Below are positions 50,051-58,588 of a DNA stretch of 64,000 nucleotides, piece after piece. The stretch comes from Candidatus Omnitrophota bacterium (GTDB taxonomy: Bacteria > Hinthialibacterota > Hinthialibacteria > Hinthialibacterales > JAKPRU01). The notes under the pieces are model-generated. The model worked only from the letters and a program-made list of their open reading frames with translations. It had not been told where the DNA came from and did not search any database. The number at the start of each line of letters is the position of its first letter. Position 1 is the first letter of the stretch. The position numbers and the translations under genes were made by a program. The stretch lies in NCBI GenBank assembly GCA_029570205.1, contig JAKQSI010000070.1, positions 53,254-117,253 on the forward strand. The letters are read 5' to 3'.

Positions 50051-50779
50051 ATGTCCAAACCGAATATCCTTGGCGCGTGGAGAATTGTTCAGGGTTCCGG
50101 GTCTATCCAGGAAGACCCGACGACCGGAGAGTACCGCATTCGGGCCGGTGGTTCTCTTGTTGTTCGCAGTTTCGATCATCCACCCTTTGAGGCGGAGCGG
50201 TATGCGGTTGCGGAGGTAGCGATTCAGGCCGACACGGATGGAGTACTCCATCTTGCCTGGGAGCGCTCCGGCGGCAAGATCGACGGTTCCCTGTCACAGG
50301 CGATTCGCGGCGGTCATCGCCATGTCGCACGATTTCCGGTTTACGTGGACCCCGGATGGACCCATGAAATCCTTGCCGTTCGTCTGCGGTTGCCGGAGGG
50401 ATTATCGAAGGGTGTCCTGGGACCGTTCTATCTTTATGCGTTCTCCGATTTAGATCCAAAAGAGCTTCAAAAATTCGCGACGCTTTCCGCGAGGGTCTCT
50501 CTCGTGGAGAACAAAGGATTGAAAGTCTCTGTCCAATATACTGGTGTTTACCTTGCGCCGGTGGAGTCGGAGAAATGGATTCAGGTGAGTCTGTTGGATG
50601 ATACGGGCCATGAGAATATCTCTGTGGCCAGGGCGACCCACGGTAATTATGATGCTCGGTATATCCATACGGAGTTCTTCTTTCCTGAAATGGACCGTGT
50701 CTGGGATGCGAATGTGTATCTGCTCGACAACGGCACCGGTTACAGTCTTGTCTGCCGTGCCCGCCCCGAACCGAAATAA
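50051..50779 (+). CDS. Hypothetical protein (243 aa), divergent from eda
   Basis: Start MSKPNILGAWRIV with GGAGAGG RBS. The ORF-track N-terminal extension and the antisense ORF 50103-50852 are discounted. Confidence 0.4.
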   Translation: MSKPNILGAWRIVQGSGSIQEDPTTGEYRIRAGGSLVVRSFDHPPFEAERYAVAEVAIQADTDGVLHLAWERSGGKIDGSLSQAIRGGHRHVARFPVYVDPGWTHEILAVRLRLPEGLSKGVLGPFYLYAFSDLDPKELQKFATLSARVSLVENKGLKVSVQYTGVYLAPVESEKWIQVSLLDDTGHENISVARATHGNYDARYIHTEFFFPEMDRVWDANVYLLDNGTGYSLVCRARPEPK

Positions 50780-50854
50780 GGGCGTTGGTTCCCGCAAAAA
50801 AACAAATCATGGTAGATTTCGCGCTGAGCTTCATCAAAGAAGGGAGTCCCATTC

Positions 50855-51859
50855 ATGACATTACGGATTGGAATTATTGCTTTAGGCAAAATCAGTGAAC
50901 GAACGCATCTGCCTCTGTATAAAGAGGTGAGGGGAGTGCAAGTTGTGGCCGCATGTGACCCCGACGAAGAACGCGCCCTGCTCATGCAGGATCAATTCAA
51001 AATCCCGCGCATTTACAAGTCCTATCAGGAGATGTTTGCCCACGAGGAACTGGATGCGGTTTCGGTCAACAGCCCGCACCGGTTTCACGCGGAACAGGCC
51101 GTCGCCGCCGCAAAGCACGGGCTTCATGTTCTTGTCGAAAAACCCATGGCGCTTTCTGTGAAAGATATTCGCGCCATGATCGCCGCCTCCAGGAAGGCGG
51201 GAAAAGTTCTGATGGTCGAACAGTTCATGCGTTTTCATCCGGCGGTGTATAAGGCCCGCGAAGTGATCCAGTCCGGGAAACTCGGCAAAGTCCTCACGAT
51301 TCGCGGGCATTTCGGTCATGCCGGGCCGGAATACTGGTCGCCGGAGGGCAAGTGGTTCCTGCAGAAAAAAGAAGCGCAGGGTGGAACGATGCTGGATATC
51401 GGTGTGCATGAGATTGACCTGATGCGCTATATCTCCGGCAAGCAGGTGGCTCAGGTTGCCGCTTTCCTGGGGACTCTGAAGAAGAAAATCGATGTGGAGG
51501 ACAACGCGGTTGCGATCCTGCGGTTCGATGACGGAACCCTTGGGACGCTGGAATCCTCCTGGACAAATGATCCGGGCAACTGCCGCACGGAGTTCTATTG
51601 CGAGAAAGGGAACCTGGAGATGAATCTTTCCGGGAAAGATCCCCTGGTGATTTATCGTCCCAACAAAACACCTCAGCCGGTCTCTCTGGCAAAAAAACAT
51701 CCCGAAAAAAGCCCGATGGCCTATTTTGTGAAATGTATCCGAGAGGGTCTGGTTCCACATTGCGATGGTGTAGAGGGTGGCAAAAGTTGCGCCGTGGTCC
51801 TCATGGCCGCCATCTCCGACAAGGAGAAAAGAATCGTCAAAGTCCCGGAAATCGGGTGA
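50855..51859 (+). CDS. Gfo/Idh/MocA family NAD(P)-dependent oxidoreductase
   Basis: IGIIALGKIS Rossmann motif, VEKP motif; AAGGGAG RBS. Confidence 0.85.
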   Translation: MTLRIGIIALGKISERTHLPLYKEVRGVQVVAACDPDEERALLMQDQFKIPRIYKSYQEMFAHEELDAVSVNSPHRFHAEQAVAAAKHGLHVLVEKPMALSVKDIRAMIAASRKAGKVLMVEQFMRFHPAVYKAREVIQSGKLGKVLTIRGHFGHAGPEYWSPEGKWFLQKKEAQGGTMLDIGVHEIDLMRYISGKQVAQVAAFLGTLKKKIDVEDNAVAILRFDDGTLGTLESSWTNDPGNCRTEFYCEKGNLEMNLSGKDPLVIYRPNKTPQPVSLAKKHPEKSPMAYFVKCIREGLVPHCDGVEGGKSCAVVLMAAISDKEKRIVKVPEIG

Positions 51860-51863
51860 TTCG

Positions 51864-51898
51864 ATTGTGGATTGCGGATTGCGGATTGCGGATTGCAG
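51864..51898. repeat. Five tandem heptads GATTG(T/C)G immediately after the oxidoreductase stop
   Basis: The reverse complement CGCAATCC(A/G)CAATC recurs at 47306-47322, 48087-48100 and 29286-29300. Confidence 0.6.
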
Positions 51899-52071
51899 GA
51901 TAACAGGGAGGGGCGCAACCGTCATTCCGGCGAAAGCCGGAATCCAGCGTCCACACGCATAACGCTCGTGATAGCCTTTCTACTTCGAATAGCAGGACGG
52001 TTCCATTCCGTCCGCTATGTCCACTCTCCGACTCCTCCAAAAAATAAAAATCAAAAATTTCGAAAAAAAGC

Positions 52072-52099
52072 TAAAGGTTTTGCTAAGGTTTGCCGATAA
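52072..52099 (+). promoter_or_regulatory. Sigma-28 (FliA)-like promoter TAAAGGTT-N12-GCCGATAA, 1.1 kb upstream of flagellin 1
   Basis: 8/8 match to the -10 GCCGATAA and 7/8 to the -35 TAAAGTTT; spacer one nt longer than the E. coli consensus. Confidence 0.4.
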
Positions 52100-52362
52100 A
52101 GGAACCGACAAGGCAGTAAACCCTTTATGAGGTGTCTGTCGAGGACATCTCCGGGGTTGGCGTTTTCCGTCTGTGGGCATACGGCGAGGCGATACGTCAA
52201 TCGGCCCACAGGGAGCTCTCGGCCCTCTGCGATGGATATCGCGGAGAGGATTCAGAGGAGGATAGTAGCAAGGCCTGGGTGACGCTCATCGGGGCGTTCC
52301 TCCGGCAGGTAAGAATGCGGGTGCCTCGGAAGTATTCTTACCTGTCTGACAAAAGGCGAAAA

Positions 52363-52512
52363 TACATCGAGTCATTGCTGGCATCCCGGCCAAGAGCATG
52401 GGTCCGGTGAACGTGACCACCCTCCCGCGCTCTCATGTGAGTAATGGCTTGATCGACCGCCGCAGCCACTGTAGCCGGATTTCGATCCTGCAGGCGGCTA
52501 CGCCTTTTCAGT
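52363..52512 (+). repeat. Copy 1 of a ~110-nt structured element (conserved blocks AGCATCCCGGCCAAGAG, TGGCTTGATCGACCGCCGCAGC, CTGCAGGCGGCTACGC)
   Basis: Direct repeat of copy 2 at 52953-53060 with a 41-nt insertion; inner GGAT-ttcg-ATCC tetraloop hairpin. Confidence 0.5.
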
Positions 52513-52952
52513 CTCAACGGACCCACCCCTTCGCAGGCTGACGGATTCAACCTGTACTCGCTCAAGGCCAACCGATTGATTCACAACAGAAGGAACCGAG
52601 CCGGGGGCCGGTGTAATCCGGCCTTCCCGGAAGGCATCAACAGATCGGCCCGCCGGTATTCTCAACACGTATCCCGATCGTCCCGGCGCCCGAACGGTTG
52701 ATCCGCCTTCCGCCGGGTACCGGCTGACAACCGGCCTCCACCTCGGTTACAGAAACAGTGGAAGGGCGAGGTCCCAAAGCTGTCTCAGAACGTGATCACT
52801 GACCTGGAGCCCTCTCCCCCAAAGATTGGGGGAGACACAGAGGGGGTTGAGTCAGTCGGACATTAAGGAGCAACATAGACGCGAAAACAGGAGGAATTGC
52901 GCGGACAGAGGAGAACAGGACCGATGATCGCGTGGCCCGGTTAAAATAATTA

Positions 52953-53060
52953 AGCCATAACCAGCATCCCGGCCAAGAGAGTGGGTTATGGCTTAATCGA
53001 CCGCCGCAGCACACCGCAGCCCTATTTGGGTCTGCAGGCGGCTACGCTTTATCGTCTTGC
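52953..53060 (+). repeat. Copy 2 of the ~110-nt structured element, with a 13-bp outer stem TTAAGCCATAACC/GGTTATGGCTTAA
   Basis: Same conserved blocks as copy 1. The 22-nt variable segment between CCGCCGCAG and CTGCAGGCGG has the same length in both copies. Confidence 0.5.
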
Positions 53061-53115
53061 CAGGAAAGGTCGTATTCGGTTGTCTCTCCGAAGTTCCGAT
53101 CTTTCGTATCATCTG

Positions 53116-53145
53116 TTATCGGCAGTTCCTCCCAAACATTAAGCG
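53116..53145 (-). promoter_or_regulatory. Sigma-28-like promoter on the minus strand (TAATGTTT-N10-GCCGATAA), pointing leftwards into the repeat region
   Basis: Reverse complement of 53116-53145 gives TAATGTTTgggaggaactGCCGATAA. Confidence 0.35.
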
Positions 53146-53218
53146 ATTCTACACATTTTTTTCAATTTTTTGCGGGCACGGATGATTTTCCCGCAGGAGA
53201 TTCACGGAGGAAACTGTC

Positions 53219-55624
53219 ATGGTCATCTCCAGCCTGACCCGAAATATCCCTGCTTTGGATGTTATTCTGCGGATGCACCGCACGGAAAGCAACCTCAGCG
53301 CCAACATCACCCGTCTGTCTTCCGGCCTTCGAATCAATACTCCCGCCGATAGTCCGGGCGACTTTGTCACCCTGAGTCGCCTGGGCAGTCGTATTCGGGG
53401 GATCGACCAGGCAAGCCTTAATTCCCAAACTGCGTCCAACATGGCGGCCACCGCGTCAAACGGGATCAGCGAAATGATCTCTCGCCTCCAGTCGATCCGG
53501 ACGAAAGCGGTCGCTGCAGCATCCACCGGAACCTCCGATCGTATTACGCGAGCCGGATACCAGGCCGAGATCAACCAGCTGATCGACGACATGGACCGCA
53601 TCGCCTCCGGGACCTCGTTTAACGGAAAGAATCTGCTTGACGGAAGCTATGCCAGTAGCACCGAGTTCGTCGAACCGAACCGGTTCAACGGGTCTATTTC
53701 CTTTGGGGCAACTTCCTCTACCCTTCGGTCCGGAACCAGCATCCTCAACATCGTGCAATTGGATCCCGGATCCGAACGATTTGTGATCGGCGACACTGGC
53801 GGGATCAGTCTGGGAATTCAAAACCGAACCGACATCGCCGTCTCCATCGGCCAACTCATCGACATGGGAACGGGGCTGACCGCCAATGTGACGGACGACT
53901 TGGACACGCTCAATTTCGGAAAAGTCTCCCTCATCAACAATGGGACGATTCAATTCACCGGTAACCTTGCGGATGGGGTGACTGCATTTGCAGGCCAGGT
54001 TTCTATCGGCGGCGGCCAGGATATCAATGACCTGGTTACGGCCATCCAGGCCGCGATTGACGCAGCGGAAACCGGTATCGGCGTCAACGGTGCGGGCACG
54101 GGACCTTACGAAACCGTGGTCTCCTACGACAACACCACCGGACGGCTGGAGTTCACCAACGGGCAGGGAAATACCATTTCCCAGTTCTCAATCGCATTTA
54201 CGGTCAAGGACAACACCGGAACCACGCAGACCACCACGGGAAGCACACGCACCGCCAATATCTACAACCCGCAAGGGGGAATCGGAACGGTCTCCGGCGC
54301 TCAAATCGGGAACTCTCTGTCTTCCATCACCGGCTCCACCTTCGACCCCGGCACATTTGAAATCACGGTCAGCGACCGGATTGCCGCGCAACAGCGCACC
54401 ATTTCGACGACTTATGCCTTTACGGATTTTGGGGGCGCTCCCGTCGGTGCAGGTACGAACATTAACAATACCGCGTTGTTCAACGGTTCGATCACGCTCT
54501 CTCTCAACAACGGCGACACGATTGACTTTACCGGAACCAATCCCGATGGAACGACGTTCACGGGTACGATCACCATCGCGGCAGGGGACCCGGCTGTCGG
54601 AAACGGCATTGCACGGAGATACAGCGACCTGATCGCCGAGTTGAACTACCGCGATCAGCGCGGAACATTCTACGGGTGGAACCAGGCCACCGCGACGCTT
54701 TCCGCCGGGAAAATCCAACTGATCGATGATGTTGCCGCCACCTCCAGCACAGCCATGCAGATGGTGGTTAATACGGCGGGCGGGGATGCAGTGGATGACG
54801 GTGTTGTAGTGTATTCCGGCAACGCGGAACGGGCGACGATTTCCATTGCAGGCGGCGCAAGTCAGACGGTGGAAAGCGGGCAGGTGGTAACCCTGGAAGG
54901 CGCGGACTTGAATGCCTCCGGACAGGATTCCCAAGTTACGTTTCGTGTCGGACGGAATCTCTTCGATGGCAGCGATGACCTGGAGATTACCGCCCAGGAA
55001 TACATTGCCAGGTTAAACAATGGACCGGCGGTCACATTCCGCAACGGCGACCAGGGGGTATTCATTTCCGATGGGAACAATCCCACCGGCGATATCGCCG
55101 GAGCACAACAGGTCCAACTTAACTTCGACACGGTTTTGGGGATTACTTCCAATGCCTCTTCCGGTGGCGAGAACTTCGTCCTTACAACCGTAGCCGACCG
55201 GCTGAATTACCATATCGGCCCCGATGCCTGGGAGGACCGCATGTTCTCCTATTTCAATGTGCAGTCCTCCAACCTGGGGATCTCCGAAACCCGAAATCTC
55301 GGCAATATCAGTGTGACGACTCTCACGGGCGCAAATGATGCCATCGAGGTCATAGACGCTGCGCTGGACCAGCTGAACGTTGTTGCGGGTGTTGTCGGCA
55401 GCCTGGAAACCCGTATGCAGGACACCTCCAGTCAACTCGATCTCTACTCTCTCAATCTGGACACCGCCTTTTCGACAATCGCCGATGCGGACATGGCGAA
55501 AGAGACAACCAAACTTGCAATGAACTCACTCCTGATGACTTCGCAGACGGCGGCGTTGCTCCAATCGACAATGTTGCCGACCGAAATTATCCCGCTTCTG
55601 CTTGGAATCGACTTGAAGTCATAA
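53219..55624 (+). CDS. Giant flagellin (801 aa): conserved N- and C-terminal flagellin domains with a ~500-aa T/G/N-rich central domain
   Basis: N-terminus NLSANITRLSSGLRINTPADSPGDF; C-terminus LETRMQDTSSQLDLYSLNL...MAKETTKLAMNSLLMTSQTAALLQ; GGAGG RBS. Confidence 0.85.
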   Translation: MVISSLTRNIPALDVILRMHRTESNLSANITRLSSGLRINTPADSPGDFVTLSRLGSRIRGIDQASLNSQTASNMAATASNGISEMISRLQSIRTKAVAAASTGTSDRITRAGYQAEINQLIDDMDRIASGTSFNGKNLLDGSYASSTEFVEPNRFNGSISFGATSSTLRSGTSILNIVQLDPGSERFVIGDTGGISLGIQNRTDIAVSIGQLIDMGTGLTANVTDDLDTLNFGKVSLINNGTIQFTGNLADGVTAFAGQVSIGGGQDINDLVTAIQAAIDAAETGIGVNGAGTGPYETVVSYDNTTGRLEFTNGQGNTISQFSIAFTVKDNTGTTQTTTGSTRTANIYNPQGGIGTVSGAQIGNSLSSITGSTFDPGTFEITVSDRIAAQQRTISTTYAFTDFGGAPVGAGTNINNTALFNGSITLSLNNGDTIDFTGTNPDGTTFTGTITIAAGDPAVGNGIARRYSDLIAELNYRDQRGTFYGWNQATATLSAGKIQLIDDVAATSSTAMQMVVNTAGGDAVDDGVVVYSGNAERATISIAGGASQTVESGQVVTLEGADLNASGQDSQVTFRVGRNLFDGSDDLEITAQEYIARLNNGPAVTFRNGDQGVFISDGNNPTGDIAGAQQVQLNFDTVLGITSNASSGGENFVLTTVADRLNYHIGPDAWEDRMFSYFNVQSSNLGISETRNLGNISVTTLTGANDAIEVIDAALDQLNVVAGVVGSLETRMQDTSSQLDLYSLNLDTAFSTIADADMAKETTKLAMNSLLMTSQTAALLQSTMLPTEIIPLLLGIDLKS

Positions 55625-55768
55625 AAACCAACCGATCGCAGGATCGGAAAAGGAGGTTGAAAATTCGCGAAATGACGTAGTTGTAAGTCCTGGAAATTCC
55701 GAGTACAATAGCCGTCGGGGTCGGAGGAAAGGACTCCTTCGGCTGGGGTCGAGGGTGTTACCCGTGCT

Positions 55769-55776
55769 ATCCGATA
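55769..55776 (+). promoter_or_regulatory. Possible sigma-28 -10 element TCCGATAA, 133 nt upstream of flagellin 2
   Basis: 7/8 match to GCCGATAA; the context CCGATAAAGG is identical to 52093-52102. No convincing -35. Confidence 0.25.
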
Positions 55777-55901
55777 AAGGTGTCATTCGGCAAGGGCGAC
55801 GCGTGCGTCGCCCCTACCGGACGATACCAGGCATCGCTCCCGGAACAGGGGGCATGGTCGGAAGTGGAATAATCAACACAAACACAGCATCACGGAGGAA
55901 G

Positions 55902-58313
55902 ATGGTCATGGATTCCCAACGGATTGGCAGACAATTATTCAATTATTCTCAATACCAGGCGCTTTACTCGAACAAATTACAGAAGGTTCTCGAATCGCTC
56001 TCGTCGGGGTTGCGGATCAACCGGGCGGGGGATGATGCGGCGGGGCTGTCCATCGCCAAGCGGCTTCAGGCACAGTTCAGTTCCCTCAATCAGGCCATGT
56101 CGGATGCCCAGTCCAGTCTGAATGTCGCGGCTGTCGCGGACCAGGCGTTGGGCGAGACCTCGGATCGCTTGGGGCAAATGCGTGAACTTGCGATCCAGGC
56201 GGCAAACACCGGCGTATATGACAAGCAATCTCGGCAGGCGCTCCAGGCAGAACTCAGCCAGTATGTGGATGAAATCAACCGCATCGCCGGTGCAACGCAG
56301 TTCGGAACCAACAGGCTTCTGAACGGTGATCTTTCGGCACAGGCCGGTCTCCGTGCGGGTCAACCGAACATCGGAGCAACGGTGGATACCGGGCCGTTTG
56401 CATCCACGCTGTCCACGGAAACGAATTACCTCACGATCACCCAGACCCGTCAGGGATCGGCCCAGATCCGCGCGGGAGAAGCCTACGGCCGCACACAAAC
56501 AATCAACCTGGGGGTGCAGAATGCGACGGATATCGCGGTCACCACGGGGACCATGTTCAATTCCGCCGCTGCTGCTCCCTCAGCGGCGGGCGACAATCTG
56601 ACCGATACCACGTTCAATTCGGTCACCCTGCAGGCAGGTGGCACAATCACATTCCAGGGCCAATTGGCCGACGGAACCACGGGCTTCTCCGGAACGCTCA
56701 GCATCGGGGCCGGAACGACGATCCATGATCTGGTCAACACGGTCCAGGCTGCCATCGACCAGGCCGAAACCGGGCAGGGAATCAATACCGCAAGCGGAAC
56801 GGGCGCTCGCGAAACCAATGTCCGATTCAATGCCACGACAGGCCGGATAGAATTTGTCAACAGCGCCGGGAATGCAGTCTCGGAGTTTGATATCAACTTC
56901 ACGGTCGAAAATGCCGCCGGAGTTCAGCAGACCCGGGTTGGTGTGACCCGGCAGGCCCAGATGAACGGTGTCGCGACCGGCGCGCAAGTCGGCAATAATG
57001 TGACCGCCATTACCGGCAACACATTCGACACCGGCCGGCTGAATATCACCGTGACCGATGTCCAGGCTGCGACCAACCGGCGAGTGGAAAGCAATATCGC
57101 GTTTCGCGACCAGGGTGGCGCGGCGCTTGCCGCCGGGGGACAACTGGTGGGAGCAGTCTATAACGGTGTTACCCTCGCGGCGGGAGACACTATTCAACTC
57201 CAGGGAACCAATTCTGACGGCACGACGTTTACCAACACGATCACAATTACCGCCGCCGGAGTGGATACCGGGGCAGGGAACGGGACAGCCTCGACATTCC
57301 AGGACCTGGTTGACGAAATGAATGTCCGCGACAATGCCATGGCAGCGGGCGGAGCGGGCAACCAAAGCGGATTCACCTCCGCGCGGGCGACACTCACCGG
57401 CAACGGGACCATCCAGGTCGTGGACGATCTCGCCGGGACTTCTCAAACCAACTTCACGCTCACCGTCAACGACCGTACCCCCGTCGGTGGTCAGACAGCC
57501 GGAACGATGGTGGATCGCGCGCGCGTTGTTGCCGCCGGAAACGCCGAGTCGGCCACGGTGCGCATAAACGGCGGACCGGCGCAGCGAGTCGAGGCCGGGC
57601 AGATGGCAACGCTCTATGGACAGAGAGACGCGACTGGAAATAGATCGCAGCTCACCATGCGGATCGGAACCGGCCTTACCGCCGGAACGGATGTGATGGA
57701 TGTCCGCGCCGATGAATATGTGGGCCGGCTGAACAACGGCACGGCGGTCACATTCCAGGCCGGCGACCAGAATGTCACGTTCACCAGCGGCGCGGCCACA
57801 GGTGTCGCCGAGACGCTCACCATGGATTTCGGGGCTGTTCTGGATATCCCCGGTGTCGGAGCGGCGAACGCCCAGACTGTGATTATTTCCGCCACGAATC
57901 GAAATGCCAATTTTCAGGTTGGAGCGTATGCGGACCGGAACATGCCGCTCTTTTTGGGCGATGTTCGGGCGAACCGGTTGGGCCTCGGTGCAGGACAGAC
58001 CCTTGAGGATATCGATATTACCACCCTCTCCGGCGCGGAGCAGGCCATCGGGATCATTGATGCCGCGCTGGAGGATGTCAATACCAGTCGAAGCCGGATC
58101 GGGGCGTTTTCGAACCGAATGGAGAGTTCGACGCGGGATATGGGGGTCGCAATCGAGAACCTCACAGCGGCCTATTCCCGCATGGCCGATACGGATATGG
58201 CCCGCAGTTCAACCCGTCTCGCGACAGAGAATCTCCTGATGCGGTACAACCTCGCTGTGCTGACACAGACCAATCAGTTGCAAAACCAGATGTTCACCGG
58301 GCTGTTGCCGTAG
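55902..58313 (+). CDS. Giant flagellin paralog (804 aa from MVMDSQ; the ORF-track call is 852 aa)
   Basis: N-terminus LESLSSGLRINRAGDDAAGLSIAKRL; C-terminus RIGAFSNRMESSTRDMGVAIENLTAAYSRMADTDMARSSTRLATENLLMRYNLAVLTQTNQLQ; GGAGGAA RBS. Confidence 0.85.
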   Translation: MVMDSQRIGRQLFNYSQYQALYSNKLQKVLESLSSGLRINRAGDDAAGLSIAKRLQAQFSSLNQAMSDAQSSLNVAAVADQALGETSDRLGQMRELAIQAANTGVYDKQSRQALQAELSQYVDEINRIAGATQFGTNRLLNGDLSAQAGLRAGQPNIGATVDTGPFASTLSTETNYLTITQTRQGSAQIRAGEAYGRTQTINLGVQNATDIAVTTGTMFNSAAAAPSAAGDNLTDTTFNSVTLQAGGTITFQGQLADGTTGFSGTLSIGAGTTIHDLVNTVQAAIDQAETGQGINTASGTGARETNVRFNATTGRIEFVNSAGNAVSEFDINFTVENAAGVQQTRVGVTRQAQMNGVATGAQVGNNVTAITGNTFDTGRLNITVTDVQAATNRRVESNIAFRDQGGAALAAGGQLVGAVYNGVTLAAGDTIQLQGTNSDGTTFTNTITITAAGVDTGAGNGTASTFQDLVDEMNVRDNAMAAGGAGNQSGFTSARATLTGNGTIQVVDDLAGTSQTNFTLTVNDRTPVGGQTAGTMVDRARVVAAGNAESATVRINGGPAQRVEAGQMATLYGQRDATGNRSQLTMRIGTGLTAGTDVMDVRADEYVGRLNNGTAVTFQAGDQNVTFTSGAATGVAETLTMDFGAVLDIPGVGAANAQTVIISATNRNANFQVGAYADRNMPLFLGDVRANRLGLGAGQTLEDIDITTLSGAEQAIGIIDAALEDVNTSRSRIGAFSNRMESSTRDMGVAIENLTAAYSRMADTDMARSSTRLATENLLMRYNLAVLTQTNQLQNQMFTGLLP

Positions 58314-58365
58314 TTGGTTTATGTCCCCCCTCAATCCCCCGTGAACGGGGAAAAGTATTCTCGTC

Positions 58366-58403
58366 TCCCTCCCCCGTTTACGGGGGAGGGTTGGGGGTCA
58401 GGG
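58366..58403. repeat. Family-B element (TCCCTCCCCCG-ttta-CGGGGGAGGG, then TTGGGGGTCAGGG) downstream of flagellin 2
   Basis: 11-bp stem; preceded by a second hairpin CCCCG-tgaa-CGGGG at 58336-58349. Confidence 0.6.
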
Positions 58404-58588
58404 TTCCCAGGGTGTCGCCGGCATCCTGCCGATGATTCGCCCGTAACAGGGGCATCTCGCCCATGACAACAAAATTGGACAGCCATCCATCCTTGTATTC
58501 CCCCAATCCCGCAATTCTCTTGCCTCTTTTTCTTTAATTTTCAATTCTTATCACTCCACACTCTAAATAGTAGACAAAACAATGCTGT

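Noticed and set aside
50103-50852. 249-aa minus-strand ORF
   Set aside because: Antisense to the 50051-50779 and 50855 genes; Arg/Pro-rich GC-artefact composition.
52132-52410. 92-aa GTG-start ORF just downstream of the sigma-28-like promoter (possible small flagellar regulator such as FlgM)
   Set aside because: No recognisable FlgM/FlaG/FliS motif, no RBS; retained only as a possibility within the leader finding.
52530-52950. RNase P RNA, SRP RNA or c-di-GMP riboswitch in the flagellin leader
   Set aside because: Isolated short matches (ACAGAAAC, CCGGAAGG) but none of the universally conserved blocks (GGAAAGTCCGGGC, GGTGAAA, GGCAAACC...GCAAAGCC).
52363-53060. Diversity-generating retroelement template/variable repeat pair
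   Set aside because: The two ~110-nt repeats are intergenic, differences are not adenine-specific, and no reverse transcriptase gene is nearby.
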